Below are positions 1 through 13,329 of a stretch of 64,000 nt of DNA, piece after piece. The notes beneath the pieces are model-generated. The model saw only the letters and a list, made by a program, of their open reading frames with translations, ran no database searches and had not been told where the DNA came from. Positions within the stretch are counted from its first letter, which is position 1, and every line of letters begins with the position of its first letter. This DNA comes from Hemiscyllium ocellatum (Eukaryota), in assembly GCF_020745735.1 (NCBI RefSeq), contig NC_083449.1, forward strand, positions 13,193,868 through 13,257,867, read 5' to 3'. The position numbers were made by a program, and so were the translations under genes.

Positions 1-1039
1 ATTCAGATTTGAAAAGGGATACACTGAATCCTCACTGGAAACAGGCAGTCAGGGACTGCATTAAATCCACAGTTAGGGAATTTTCAAAGTTACAATCAAG
101 ATGAACAAATAGATCATGCTGTTACATAGCTGGAGTAACCATATATGCAGTAGTTATTGAGTACAGATCCAAAAGGAAACTTTTGATATTAACAGTAACT
201 GAGCAGGACAAAAATAATCTTTGAGAAATAGTAGTCCCATTCAAAGACACAACCATTAAATCATGTTTAGCAATAAAATCTATCATGTAGCATGGACAGG
301 CAGATGCAGAATAAAGCTCTCACAGACAAAAAACACTATCAATGCCTGATTACAAAATGAAACGACGTGTCTCAGTGATAGTACCGAACCCCTGAAAAGG
401 GAAACATCCCACACTGAGCAACAAGAGCTGGTATTTTAATTAGCTGGTCTGTCCATTTCTGCATGGTAGCTTTGTACCAATATTTCATACAGCGGGATGT
501 GTTTTCCTTTTCACACCAGAATCAGAATCTCAGAATTGGGACAACACAGATGTAGGCCATTCCTCCCATTCAATCTGTGCTCGTACATTCTATTCTTTAA
601 CTGTTCTGCAAAACAGTTTCCAGTAATGGTTGGGATTGTGAACTAGATACCATCTGCTGACCCCTTCCCCAAAGATTGAGAGAAAAGTCAGAAATCACAA
701 AATGCAGCAGAGATTAAGACCCCACGCTCAATACACTGATAACAGCTATCACAGAATGATACAGAATCACAGGGAATATTCCTGGCTGCCAGAGAATTAA
801 ACCACTTTGATACCCAAAAGAAGAAAGTGATTAGTACAGATGGAGAACTTCACTGTCATAGTCACACATCAGAAGCTGATGTTTTATACATCAATTACTG
901 GACTCCCATGTCATCATGACAGCAACTGTCAGATGTAGATTGATAGTTGTTCTTACATATTAACATTGCAGACACTGACAAAGAGAAAACAATAATTACA
1001 CAAACATTCTTATTACGCAAAACAGTGCAGGACTTGTAC

Positions 1040-1420
1040 AGTCAATGGTAGGGTCCTGAGGAGAGTTGCCAAACACAGAGACCTAGGATTGCATGTGTGT
1101 TGTTCTTTGGAAGTGGAGTCCCAGGTGAACAAGGATGTGAAAAAGGGGCTTGCCATGTTTGCCTTCTTTGCTCTGCACATTGAGTATCGGAGTTGGGACA
1201 CCATGTTAGGGCTGCACAGGACATAAGGTAGGGCACTTGTAGAATGCTGTGTAACATTCTGGTCACCCTGCTTTCAGAAGATGGCGTTAATCCTGAGAGG
1301 GTGCAAAAATGATTGACAGAGTTGTTGCCAGGGCTAGAGGGTTTGAAATTTAAGGAGATTGTGAACAGTCTGGGACTTTTATCCCATTAGCATCGGAGGC
1401 TGAGGGGTGATTTTAAACGG
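1040..1420 (+). mobile_element. Degenerate CR1-type LINE ORF2 3' fragment
   Basis: Decayed versions of the CR1 RT C-terminal motifs (..VESQVNKDVKKG..FA..IEYRSW..LEC CV.FWSP..) that recur in intact copies elsewhere in the window. Confidence 0.7.
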
Positions 1421-1879
1421 GGTGAACGTTTTGGGTGCTTGGGAGTGGAATGACTCCTTCTCCGAGCAGATGGGTTGGAGGTGGAGGAATTGGGAGATTG
1501 GGATGGGGTTTTTGCAGAATACTGAGTGGGAGGTTGTGTCATCCAGGTCGTTGTGAGAGTCTGTGGGTAAATGTCCATCTGGAGATGGAAATGGAGAGGT
1601 CAAGAAAAGGGTGTACAGAAAAGGCCATTCGGCATATCAGTCTGCATTGATGATAACTCCCATTGAGGGCACACTAATCCCAATTTGCTGCACGTGTGCC
1701 ATATCCTTGATGTGCTCATCCAAGTATCTTTTTAAGGTTCTAAGCTTTGTGGCTTCCACAACCTTCCCAGGCAGTGCATTCCAGTTTCCCTGAATTCCAT
1801 GTGATTTAACTCTCTCAATCGGTCTCTTATGTGGGACCTTGTCAAAAGGTTTGACCGATTGGTAAATACACTCCCACAT

Positions 1880-2820
1880 GCACACAAAGAAGTAATATTT
1901 CAGAGGAAGATGGAGAATGAGACTCTCATATTAACAAAGCACAAAGTGACAGTTTGAGATTGACAACTACATTTGCATCTTCACAGAGCTGAAACTGACA
2001 GCTACAATTGATAACGACATTCACATCTTCGTAACACAGAAATTAACAGGAAAAGGTTGTTAAATACACTCATATTTACATTAGAGAGCTTGACAGGGAA
2101 AGACTGATAACCACATTCACATATTTTGCCAGCAGAAACTTACAGGTACAGGTTGATAACTATATTTACATATTCACACAGCAAGGTCTGCCAGGTACAG
2201 ATTGACAACTACACTCACATTGACATAGACAACAGAACCGAAACAGACAGGGAGAGAATGATAACTGTACCCACACATTCCCATGTCAGAAAGGGACAGA
2301 TACAGATTGTGTAACTAAATTCACATATTCACCTCAATGAAACAATCAGAGCCTGATTGCTGTCTAAATATATCAATGTATTTATCAGCCAGTCCCTGTC
2401 AGTTTCTATTAGGTGGATATGTGATGTTATTTATCAATCTGTCCCTGTCAGTTTATGTGATGTGAACATTTGAATATAGTTATTAATCTGTCCCTGTCAC
2501 ACTCTGCTTTGTGCACATGAAAGTATATGTACAAGTCATCTAGGGACAGATTGATAACTACACTCACATATTCAGATAGTTTAAACTGTACAGTTTCAAA
2601 AGTACACTCATATTCAAAAGCAGAATCTGACAGGTCCAGATCAATAACTAAATTCACTGTTATGCACCAGACCATATCACCTCAAAATACAGTGTATCAT
2701 GGAAATAGGCTAGACCCTAACCTTCTTCACAGAAACTAACAGGTAAAATTGATAACTTTTCTCAAATGCAGTATTCATTTGAAACTAACATAAGCAGATT
2801 GGTAACTAGATGCACATATC
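1880..2820. repeat. Degenerate ~50-bp satellite (core GTTATCAATCTGTACCTGTCAGTTTCTG and its complement), with an internally inverted block at about 2370-2520
   Basis: Recurrent ACAG..TTGATAACTAC..TCACAT units; orientation flips around 2370-2520; same unit as 21530-24710. Confidence 0.7.
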
Positions 2821-3167
2821 CACAGTTTCATCAGGTGGTCATGTTCAATGAACTGTACAGGTATTGGTTAGTTTCTGGATCTCAGTGAATTGGTATAGAA
2901 CCCTTAAAACATAGTAGCTCAGTCCAAGAATGGAAACACATATATGTTTCAGTTTGAATCATTAGTTTTAAAGAATAACATCCTAACGATTACTACCTGA
3001 ATGTTACATAGTTCAATTTGATTCTGGCAATCGTGCCTAATGCTGAGGAGATATCTCTTCTGTCTTCTTACAGGTAAATAATCAAAGGATCAAGACAATG
3101 TAATATTTCCTCAGTACAAAACCAAATGTGACCAGCTGCTTCTGCCAAACAGCAGGAATGTTACACA

Positions 3168-3385
3168 TACAGAAATTGTTAGGAAAGTTCAGCAGGTCTG
3201 GAAGCATCTGTGGAAAGAAATCAGAGTTAATGTTTTGGGAGGTGTGACCCTTCCTCAGAACTGGTTCTGAGAACTCAGCCCGAAATGTTAACTCTGATTT
3301 CTCTCCGCAGATACTGGCAGACCTGCTGAGCTTTTCCAGCAATTTCTGGTTTTGTTTCTGATTTACAGCATCTGCAGTTCTCTCA
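3168..3385. mobile_element. Penelope-derived fold-back (imperfect inverted repeat) insert
   Basis: Arms cagaaattg..gttaatgttttggg and cccgaaatgttaac..caatttctg are reverse complements around ~3262; contains a degenerate CTGAGGA..GAAA hammerhead-like core. Confidence 0.6.
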
Positions 3386-4324
3386 GTTTTAGACCTACAT
3401 TGGAGTCAATTCCCAGAGAGATGTTCAAATCAAGAGTCAAATGCCACCAAGGAATTACATTTTTCTCTCTCCGTTCTCAGTCACACCAGCCCAGTTCCAA
3501 TAAGTTTTATCATTCACAGCCTATTGACATTTACACCAATTTTTGAAGTGGGAGAGACTGAACCTGATTGGAAATAGACAGTCGTGGACACCTTTAAATC
3601 TGCATTTGAAAAGGGCATTTTTGTAGTTCTGATCAAGGTAAACAAATAGATTTTACCTTTACATCATTTCAACAACCATACATATGGTCAGTGTTAAAAA
3701 TACAGAGATAGAAGGAAACTGCGTTCACAGGCAGGACAAGTTGCCAAAGTAGAGGATGAAACAAATTAAGGTTTCTTATCACTAAACAGGACAGAATTAC
3801 TCTCCTTTGATGAATAGTTGTCCAATACTTAGACACAACAATTAAATAATGTGAAATCCAAACACACATTCTGTGTCAAAGTCTGACAAAACAAGCATGG
3901 TGACGGTGTGCACACAAACTGGCTGGTGTAAAACGGGTCCCAAATACACACACTGTACTGAGACATCTGTTACATTGGGAACAGCCATGGAATGACATTG
4001 GAGGTAGTGAGAAATGATACATTCAAAATGACTTCAATTCATAATGGAGCCATAGAGACATAGAGCACAGGAATAGACCCTTGAGTCCACCAGTCCATGC
4101 TGACCAGAATCACAAACTAAACTAGTCCCACCTGCCTACTGCTGGTGCATATCCCTCCAAACCTTTACTATTCATGTACTTATCTGACTGTCTTATAAAT
4201 GTTGTAACTGTGCCTGCATCCACCACTACCACAGGAAGTTAATTGCACATGCGAACCACCATCTGTGGAAAGAAAATTGCGCCTCATGTCTTTTTATAAA
4301 TCTCTCTCCTCACCTTAAAATATG

Positions 4325-4505
4325 GTGAAAGTGAGGACTGCAGATGTTGGAGTTTAGAGTCAAGAGTGTGGTGCTGGAAAAGCACAGCAGGTCAGGCAGC
4401 ATCCAAGGAGCAGGAAACTCGACATTTTGGACAAAAGCCCGAATTCCTAATGAAGGGCTTTTGCCCGAAATGTCGCTTTTCCTGCTCCTCAGATACTGCC
4501 TGACC
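4325..4505. mobile_element. Penelope-derived fold-back insert
   Basis: Arms gctggaaaagcacagcaggtcaggcagcat.. and ..tgcctgacctgctgtgcttttccagc; homologous to the Penelope 3' terminus at 56620-56718. Confidence 0.7.
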
Positions 4506-4544
4506 TGCTGTGCTTTTCCAGCACCAGATTCTTGGCTGTCCCTT

Positions 4545-5350
4545 CCAATATGCTCCATAGTCTTGAAACTGCCCCATCCTAGCGAAATGACACCTACTAT
4601 TTACCCCATCAGTACCCTTCATTGTTTTATAAACCTCTAAAGGGTCACCCCTCAGTCTCCAAAGTTCTAGGGAATATAACCCCTGCCTATTCAGCCTCTT
4701 CCTCTCCCTCCAATCCTCCCATCTTGACAACATCCTTGTAAATCTTTTATGAACCCTCTCATGTTTCACACCATTCTTCCAGTCAGTGGCATGGTGGCTG
4801 TTTGGGTTGCACTGTTGCCTCACTGCGCCAGTGACCCTGGTTTGAGAGCAGCCTCGGGTGACAGTCTGTGTGGAGCTTGCACATGCTCCCCGTGTGTGCG
4901 TGGGTTTCCTCCAGGTGCTCCAGATATGCAGGTTCGGTGAACTGGCCAAGCTCAATTGCCCCTAGTGTTCAAGGATATGTAGGTTTGTTGCATTAGTCAG
5001 GGGAAATGTGGAGTCATTACTCGGGGAATAGGTCTGGTGAGGATACTCTTCAGAGGGTCAGTGTGGATTTGTTGAGTCAAATGGCCTGTTTGTACACTGT
5101 AGGGATTCTATGATTATTTGAATAGGAGGAAGGCCAGAATTGCACACAATGTTCCAAAAGTGGCATAACCAATGTCCTGTACATCTGCAACATGACCTCC
5201 CAACTCCTATACTCGATGCACTGACCAAGAAAGGCAAGCATATCAAATGTGTCATTCACTATTCTGTCTCCCTGGGACCCCACTTTCATGGAACTATGAA
5301 ACTACACTCCAAGGTCGCTATGGTCAGCAACACACCCCAAGACCTTACCA
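4545..5350 (-). mobile_element. CR1 LINE 3' fragment interrupted by a SINE
   Basis: ORFs 5077..5289(-) and 4392..4955(-) carry the motifs IEYRSWEVMLQ.YRTLV..LE.CVQFW and KRFTRML..LRGD..EVYK.MKG. Confidence 0.8.
4785..5115 (+). mobile_element. tRNA-derived shark SINE (HE1-like), degenerate
   Basis: Head tggcatggtggctg..gcactgttgcctcac..gaccctggttt, body gtgtggagcttgcac..gggtttcctcc, CR1-like tail ggcctgttt..acactgtagggattctatgatt. Confidence 0.75.
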
Positions 5351-5629
5351 TAACTCTGAGATATTAGAGAGTGAACTTGCTCTTCTGACCTGCAAGACAT
5401 TGAATGCCCCCTAGGGGAGGGTGGTGTGTCTTTGTCTTATTGGTGAAATGTGGGACGTTTACGTGGCCATTTCCTTGCCATTCAAGGATGAATTACATTT
5501 TCATCCAGAAATCAATTAGAACATTACAGTTGGAATGTCACTCCTCCCCTATAGTTACAAAACAATAGTTTGCAACAGATGTGACCATGAAGGGATGATT
5601 TGTATTACATTGTTTCTCATGACCCCTAG

Positions 5630-6590
5630 TAATTGAATCCTCCACTCTGGGCAAGAAGCTACTTGCTATCCACCCTGTCAAAACCTCTCATGATTTTGTA
5701 GCTCTCAATCAGGTCCCCCCTCAACCTCTGTCTTTCTAATGAAAAGAATCCCATTCTCCTCAACCCCTCTTCAAGCTCATGTCCTGCATAACAGGCAACA
5801 TCCTGGTGAACCTCCTCTGCACTATCTCCAAAGCAGCTACATCCCTTTGGTAATATGGTGACCAGAACTGTACGCAGTATTCCAAATGTGACCGAACCAA
5901 AGTCAGCTACAACTTATGGGCAGCACGGTGACTCAGTGGTTAACACTGCTGCCTCACAGCACCAGGGTCCCAGGTTGAGTTCCAACCAACCCCGGGTGAC
6001 TGTGTGGAGTTTGCACGTTCTCCCAGTGTCAACGTGGGTGTCCTCCCACAGTCCAAAGATGTGCAGGTTAGGGTGGATTGGTCATGCTGAATTGCTCCGA
6101 AATGTTAGGTGCATTAGTCAGAGGGAAATGGGTGGGTTACTCATCGGAGGGTCAGTGTGGACATGTTGTGCCGAAGAGCCTGTTTTCACTTTATAGGGAA
6201 TCTAATCAACCGTACCATGACCTGTCAACTATTGTACTCAATATCCCATCTGACGAAGGAAAGCATGCTGTATGCCTTCTTGACCACTCGATCAAACTGC
6301 ATTGCCACTTTCAGGATATAATGGACCTGAACACCCAGACGTCTGTCCATGGATTTCCCCCAGGGCTTTTCCACTTACCATATTGTGTTCTTTGAATTGG
6401 ATCTTCCACATTACATCACCTCACATTTAACTGGATTGAACTCCATTTGTCATTTTCCCTTCCAATCTATCTATATTCTGCTGTAATCTCTGACAGTCCT
6501 CTTCACTATCTGCTACTCCACCAATCTGAGTGTCATCTGCAAAACGTGCTAATCACACCACCTATTCCTTCCTCCAAATCATTGATGTAC
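5630..6590 (-). mobile_element. CR1 LINE fragment with a nested SINE at about 5918-6205(+)
   Basis: Antisense CR1 RT motifs (ggcaacatcctggtgaacctcctctgc; accagaactgtacgcagtattccaaatgtg) flank a SINE head gggcagcacggtgactcagtggttaacactgctgcctcacag. Confidence 0.7.
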
Positions 6591-6824
6591 ATATTATGTA
6601 TTCAGCCCAGGCTAGAGGTCTGCCCTGCAAGATGTCTGCAGTGAGCATCTAGAAACCTGGAGGCTGGAAACAGAAACAGAGAGTCAGTTCAGGAATGAAA
6701 CCGAAGTTTTCTTTACTCAGGAAATGGTGAATATTTGGAAATCTGTTTCCTGGAAGTTGTAGAAGGCCAGTCTTTGAGTATTGCTAAAGTAGAGATCAAT
6801 TAACTTTTGATTGTCAATGATTGG

Positions 6825-7275
6825 AGAACATAGAACATAGAAAAATACAGCGCAGTACAGGCCCTTTGGCCCTCGATGTTGCACCGATCCAAGCCCACCT
6901 CACCTACACTAGCCCACTATCCTGCATATGCCTATCCAATGCCTGTTTAAATGCCCATAAAGAGGGAGAGTCCACCACTGCTAATGGCAGGGCATTCCAT
7001 GAACTCACGACTTGCTGAGTAAAGAATCTACCCCTAACATCTGTCCTATACATACCTCCCCTTAACTTAAAGCTATGCCCCCTCGTAATAGCTGACTCCA
7101 TACGTGGAAAAAGGTTCTTATGGTCAACCCTATCTAAACCCCTAATCATCTTGTACACCTCTGTCAAGCCACCCCTAAACCTTCTTTTCTCCAATGAAAA
7201 CAGCCTCAAGTGCCTCAGCCTTTCCTCATACGATCTTCCTACCATACCAGGCAACATCCTGGTAAACATCCTGGT
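6825..7275 (-). mobile_element. Young CR1 LINE 3' end
   Basis: ORF 6904..7269(-) FTRMLPGMVGRSYEERLRHL..VVSSWNALP; (ttctatg)n tail; nearly identical to copies at 41290-42190 and 53175-53655. Confidence 0.9.
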
Positions 7276-7849
7276 ATTGCATAACAGAAGTTATGGGATA
7301 TTGTGGGTAAGAGATTTTGAACTTCCTGATCAGCCATGATTGTACTCAATGATTCATTGGGCTGATTGACTGTCTCTTGTTCCTGTTGTATGATGTTCTG
7401 AGACTCAAACTCAGTCTAACCCAGGTAATGAACATAGCTAATGACTGTGTTTCACGACAAAGGGACGTTGCTGTGTGTTGTGTGTGTATTCTGCTGTAAT
7501 ACTCATACACCACCAGATGACCAAATGATGCCTGACACTGATCGGATTTGACATCCACCCATAAAAGCAGCTGCCACCACTGACCCGTCAATCACAAATC
7601 TCTCTGGGATTGTATTGTTTATTGTGAGTGATATGATGAACAGAACTGGACGTGTAGCACTGAGCCAGTAAACAATCCTCCAGGATTATAGCTGAGGCAG
7701 TGTCTGTTCGTTCACTCAGCAAGTCTGACCAGGCACCTGCTCACCCTGAAGGGTGCTCAGCTACCACCTATCGTGCTGAAGTCTGGTTGAGATGGAGAAT
7801 TACTGTTAACTCTCAGGGCAGGAGGAGCAAATTGAAGCCCCTGGCCATT

Positions 7850-8030
7850 CTCATTCAACCCAAGACTTTGCCCAAATTGAAAGTCACAAAGAAAGCTGAA
7901 AAAGCAAGTTGGTGTAACACATAAACATCTGAACCCAAAGGCTCTTCTCAGAGCCACCCACATCTCTCAGGAAAGAGCTGAGCCTGGATCAAGTGATCCC
8001 TGTCCCGGTCTATGCTGAGTGCAGACATAC
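7850..8030 (+). pseudogene. Histone H1 3'-end remnant with orphan stem-loop and HDE
   Basis: About 7910-8030 closely matches the H1 3' UTR/downstream sequence at about 32975-33093, including identical CATCTGAACCCAAAGGCTCTTCTCAGAGCCACCCACATCTCTCAGGAAAGAGCTGAGCC; preceded by a decayed Lys-rich tail (PKTLPKLKVTKKAEK); no globular domain present. Confidence 0.8.
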
Positions 8031-8704
8031 CTTAGATATTGATTGATTTGCAAAACTCAATAGACACTTTCTTGCTGTGATTTACACCCAGTCCCTGTCC
8101 CAATCTCGACAATAAAGCGAAGTTAAAAACCACACAATGTCAGGTCCTTGTCCAACAGGTTTATTTGGAAGTACAAGCATTTGCAGCGCTGCTCCTTCGT
8201 CAGGTAGCTCGTGGGGCAGGATATTAGGACACAGAATTTAGAGCAAAAGATCATTGTGTCATACACTTCTGTGAAGTATTGAACAAACCTGGCCCCAGCA
8301 CACTATTCACTCTCTCACACTCGCATACAAGCATACACACACACAGGGACTCTCTCATTCTGTCTCTCCCTCACATGCATACACACGTAAGTCTCTGGGG
8401 TGAATTTACTATATTGTTCAAATTGCACACAATCTGCTCGCAGCCAGTTCATGTGACATTTTATCAATTCCTACTTTGGAAATGGAACCAGTCTGACGCA
8501 AAGTTGGCAAAAAAAAACAGACTCGAACCTCACACCTTTAATGTATTGTCTCAGCTGAGATATCATCTTTTCTTCATAAATCCTGAAGTTAGCTCGGGAA
8601 TGTGACTTGAAAGAAGGTCTGGGATTTCTATATTAATGAATTGAAAGATTCATCCCCACTCTAAATGATTGAAGATTTTACAGCAATCTAGGTTTGTGCA
8701 TCGG

Positions 8705-8822
8705 TTAAAAATGAGGTCTGCAGATGCTGGAGATCACAGCTGAAAATGTGTTGCTGGTTAAAGCACAGCAGGTTAGGCAGCATCTCAGGAATAGGGAATT
8801 CGACGTTTCGAGCATAAGCCCT
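8705..8822 (-). mobile_element. Penelope 3'-terminal fragment (single arm)
   Basis: Same sequence as the arms of the 9685-9917 insert (aatgtgttgctggt.aaagcacagcagg..gaattcgacgtttcgagcataagccc). Confidence 0.75.
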
Positions 8823-9022
8823 GCATCGGTTGTATGACACTTTGATCTTTTCCTCTGAATTCTGTGCCATTGTGGAGAAAAGCTTTAGTTCCAGAGAGAG
8901 AGTTGGGGCTGCAGTTAGCTGGAGGCGGAGCTGCAGGATCACTCTGTCTGTCAATCCGTTTCCTCTCCGGACCAGCCTCTCACTCTCTGTCAACCCTTTC
9001 TCAGTCAGGTCGGGCCGGGCTG

Positions 9023-9029
9023 TATAAAA
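9023..9029 (+). promoter_or_regulatory. H4 TATA box
   Basis: TATAAAA about 60 nt upstream of the H4 ATG. Confidence 0.75.
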
Positions 9030-9076
9030 AAGGAAGGGCAGGCAGCTCGGCTCTCATTCAGCAGCGATTGGAGTGA

Positions 9077-9397
<321 letters not shown>

Positions 9398-9429
9398 GCA
9401 TCAAGCGACCCTTTTCCAGCGAACCCAAA

Positions 9430-9445
9430 GGCTCTTTTCAGAGCC
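9430..9445 (+). terminator. Histone mRNA 3' stem-loop (H4)
   Basis: GGCTCTTTTCAGAGCC followed by ACCC and a purine-rich HDE-like tract (TTGAGAGCG). Confidence 0.95.
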
Positions 9446-9684
9446 ACCCCAAATCTTCCCATTGAGAGCGGAGACCTGCGGCCGGAGAGGGCACAGAGGG
9501 AGGGGATGGTGTTCTGTACCAGGTTACTGCACGTTTAATACATCACATCGCGATTGGTAATTCTGCCCAGACACTAATGTTATATATTGCAGTATTTGTA
9601 TTCCATGCTTTGTGGGGATAATAGTTTTGAGCTTTGATCTTTCCATCGGCCTGTTTCAATGTAAGTTGTTAACATTGACCCAAC

Positions 9685-9917
9685 TGCTGCAAATGTGTTG
9701 CTGGTCAAAGCACAGCAGGTTCGGCAGCATCTCAGGAATAGAGAATTCGACGTTTCGAGCATAAGCCCTTCATCAGGAATACTTATTCCTGATGAAGGGC
9801 TTATGCTCGAAACGTCGAATTCTCTATTCCTGAGATGCTGCCGAACCTGCTGTGCTTTGACCAGCAACATATTTGCAGCTGTGATCTCCAGCATCTGCAG
9901 ACCTCATTTTTTACTCG
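9685..9917. mobile_element. Penelope-derived fold-back insertion with 14-bp TSD and two head-to-head minimal hammerhead motifs
   Basis: 96-bp arms 9686-9781 and 9784-9879 (1 mismatch); direct repeat AACATTGACCCAAC at 9671-9684 and 9918-9931; homologous to the Penelope 3' end at 56620-56718. Confidence 0.9.
9785..9820 (+). ncRNA. Minimal type I hammerhead ribozyme motif (Penelope pLTR type); mirror copy on the minus strand at 9745-9780
   Basis: ATTC-CTGATGA-A-GGGC TTAT GCTC-GAAA-CGTC-GAAT: core boxes CUGAUGA and GAAA, stem II hairpin, palindromic ACGU helix III, GUC cleavage triplet, stem I ATTC/GAAT. Confidence 0.75.
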
Positions 9918-10331
9918 AACATTGACCCAACACCACGTTATACGGATAGGTTTATGTGGAAGGCTACAATGGCAATTGTATTCAGGTTCACTGCAATTGA
10001 CTATAAAAAGCTGTCTTTACTCGGGCTGAGATTGGGGAACTTTGCCCAAGGACAGTGGGCCGTGTTTCAGTATCTTTGTTTAAAGCGGCGCGGTTGCATC
10101 GCTTCATGAACAACCGTTTCCCATTCAGTTTGTCCGGGCTGTTATAAAGCCCGCGTTTTCCTCCTGCCTGTGACAGACAGATCAGGCAGTGATCCCGCCC
10201 CCTGTCCGCCCTCACTGCTAACTGGGGTGTAAAATACTGCTATAAAGTATAACAGTTTATCTTAATTGGGGACCCATGGTGTTTTGCTTCTTCATGTTTA
10301 ATTCCATCTCCGGGTTTGTGAGGGTGAAATC

Positions 10332-10485
10332 GGCGGGCTTTTTGAAATGGTCCAAGTGAACCAATCAGCCTGCAATGATTCTTTTCCTGCCTTTTCTGTC
10401 CCTGCCGGAGCGGTTTCTCAGTGAGCTGAGGGACGGGTCTATATCCAATCCCAGCTCTAGGGCGGGCTCTCCATCCCCTTAAAAA
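10332..10485 (+). promoter_or_regulatory. H3 promoter: CDE/CHR-like element, two CCAAT boxes, TATA-like TTAAAAA
   Basis: GGCGG-gctt-TTTGAA at 10332-10346; CCAAT at 10361 and 10445; TTAAAAA at about 10479. Confidence 0.65.
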
Positions 10486-10541
10486 GGCAGCACTGCAGCA
10501 GCCTCAGCATTGACAGCAGCAACAACCTGTGTGTGTGTTAG

Positions 10542-10967
<426 letters not shown>

Positions 10968-11020
10968 ACGGGAGCGCGGCCGGCCCTGTACATTCACCCC
11001 CAAACAGAGAGACACCCAAC

Positions 11021-11036
11021 GGCTCTTTTCAGAGCC
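11021..11036 (+). terminator. Histone mRNA 3' stem-loop (H3)
   Basis: GGCTCTTTTCAGAGCC-ACCA followed by purine-rich AGAGGGAG. Confidence 0.95.
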
Positions 11037-11721
11037 ACCACACCATCCAGAGGGAGCAGGAATTCACGGGGGGGTCATTGTTATCGTTATTATACGGACA
11101 GGGAGAATATAGGGCCAGGTTAGTGCGTGTGTGGGGCGTTGGTAAGAGGCAGAACTCACTGGCAGCGGCAGTGAATTTACATCTCATCAGATCTTCAGTG
11201 GTGCAGGATTTATTATGGGATTATATTATGGAGTGTCATTTTAGAAGTTCATGGACAATCCCCCTCTCCTTATTGTCTCCTTTGGTGTGAACAAGGTTTT
11301 GGGGCTGGCGAGGGGAGGGACACAGTTGGCGCCAAGAGATCAACCGCTTATTTTCAAACTTGGAAAGCCCGCCAACATGTCGAGGATTATTCTAAATACA
11401 TTGGACAGAGAACTAAAGATTGAGACCACTCAGGCAATGACCGTGCACTGAGAAATAATGCATTTCCAGAAACTGTCAGTTACAATTTATGATAAACTCT
11501 CTCTGCTCCCACAGTGACAATACAGTCTCCAACAACGAGACAGAAAATAACCGATACCGGGATCAGTGTACGGGCCTCTCCGTATTGAAATAAAAATAAT
11601 TTCTTTTCGCGATTATAAGCATGATTCATGATCAATGACCAAATCCTGGACTCTTCACATTAAAAGGCAACATTAATCGGCTAGCTGGCAGGGTCTCCTC
11701 TCTTTCCCAGATGCTGTGGGT

Positions 11722-11737
11722 GGCTCTTAAAAGAGCC
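11722..11737 (-). terminator. Histone mRNA 3' stem-loop (H2A)
   Basis: Minus-strand GGCTCTTTTAAGAGCC-ACCC, then GGGAAAGAGAG HDE. Confidence 0.95.
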
Positions 11738-11767
11738 TTTGGGCTGTCAGATTCAAGAACGGTGCCT

Positions 11768-12160
11768 TCACTTTTTCGCGGCCCCAGCAGCGGCGGATTT
11801 CTTGGGCAGCAGCACGGCCTGGATATTAGGCAGCACCCCGCCCTGAGCGATGGTCACCCCTCCCAGCAGCTTGTTGAGCTCCTCGTCGTTGCGCACGGCC
11901 AGCTGCAGGTGCCTGGGGATGATGCGGGTCTTCTTGTTGTCCCGGGCCGCGTTCCCAGCCAACTCGAGCACTTCAGCCGCCAGATACTCCAGCACCGCAG
12001 CCAGATAGACCGGCGCTCCGGCCCCCACCCGCTCAGCATAGTTGCCCTTTCTCAGGAGCCTGTGAACACGGCCCACCGGGAACTGCAGGCCAGCCCGGGA
12101 TGACCGAGACCTGGCCTTATTGCGAGCTTTGCCCCCACTGCCCTTTCCTCTTCCAGACAT
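11768..12160 (-). CDS. H2A: Histone H2A (replication-dependent)
   Basis: [56 protein letters not shown], 130 aa; ATG at 12160; no SQEY motif, so not H2A.X. Confidence 0.98.
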   Translation of the reverse strand: MSGRGKGSGGKARNKARSRSSRAGLQFPVGRVHRLLRKGNYAERVGAGAPVYLAAVLEYLAAEVLELAGNAARDNKKTRIIPRHLQLAVRNDEELNKLLGGVTIAQGGVLPNIQAVLLPKKSAAAGAAKK

Positions 12161-13329
12161 TGTCACAAGCACTTCCACAGAGAATGCTGCAATCCGCCCA
12201 CATTGCAGCCTCTTCTACCTTCGGTGGGGATTGGGGAGGCGGCCATTGCTGATTGGTCACATTGTTCACCATCTCCTCATGTTGTTTCAATTCCCAATCA
12301 GATTTCTGCTTCATCCGCCAAACCGGAGAGGGCTCGGGCTGGAGGGCGGAACCTCCCGGCACCACATCATCAACCGCTTTCTTTCCAATTTGAAAAGCCC
12401 GCCAATTTAAAGAAAGGAAAATGTTTTAGATTGAAACATCAGGTACAAGATATTGAGGAAGTTTCACAAGGAATAATTCCTAATCCTCATATGTTAATTT
12501 CCCATTAAGAATACCAATGTATACTTTACACGATCTCTGTCTCCCTCATTTGCCCACCCACATCTATCCTTTTCTGATCTTGACAGTGGGTTATTGAAGC
12601 TGAAACTAATCCGGCGAAACACTGCAGTCTGCAACTTGTCTTTTCACTTCACATTTCAATAGCACCCACGACATGGAACGTTCTTCCGGCTCAGCGTACC
12701 AACTGGAAACACCGTTTTTAGACTATGTTTGAAAGTCTTCCTCCCTTCTTGTTGGAGATTAGATCCAACAAAAGCACCACAATTCCCATTTCAGTCCGGC
12801 ACCTATTTTGGTGTTATCTCGGTTCACTTTGAAAGCCTCTCACTGACAGCTGGAGGAAGGCTTTTTATTGCAATCCTGAAAAATTCCATTCAACCCGCGC
12901 ATTGGAAATGAAAATAAAATGCAGATGTTAAAAGGCATCTGTCCGTGGGACTGAAGAATGTGGGCGCTTATGTTTTGCTTTCAATGAGTGAAATTAAATG
13001 TGAACAATCCACCTCGGCGTTTTAGTAACTTGAACAAATAAATGAGAACTGACTCTGGGGTTTAATCTGCTGTCTCTCTACAGAGAAGGGAGAGGTTGTT
13101 TATGAAGGCCTCACCCCGTCCATCCAACACCCCGCCTCAAGAGTTTGCAATTTCAGTTATTTGTATTGTAGTTCCATGTAGAGACTTCTAGCATTTCTCA
13201 GTTTAATGCGCATGTCTGTTAACCATTTTTGTAAACGTTTGGTACCTATAGGGAGGAGCTCAACTGGGACCTCTGGTGCATGTCACACTACTGGTGACTA
13301 CCATTGCACTATACAGAGGGACACTCCAA

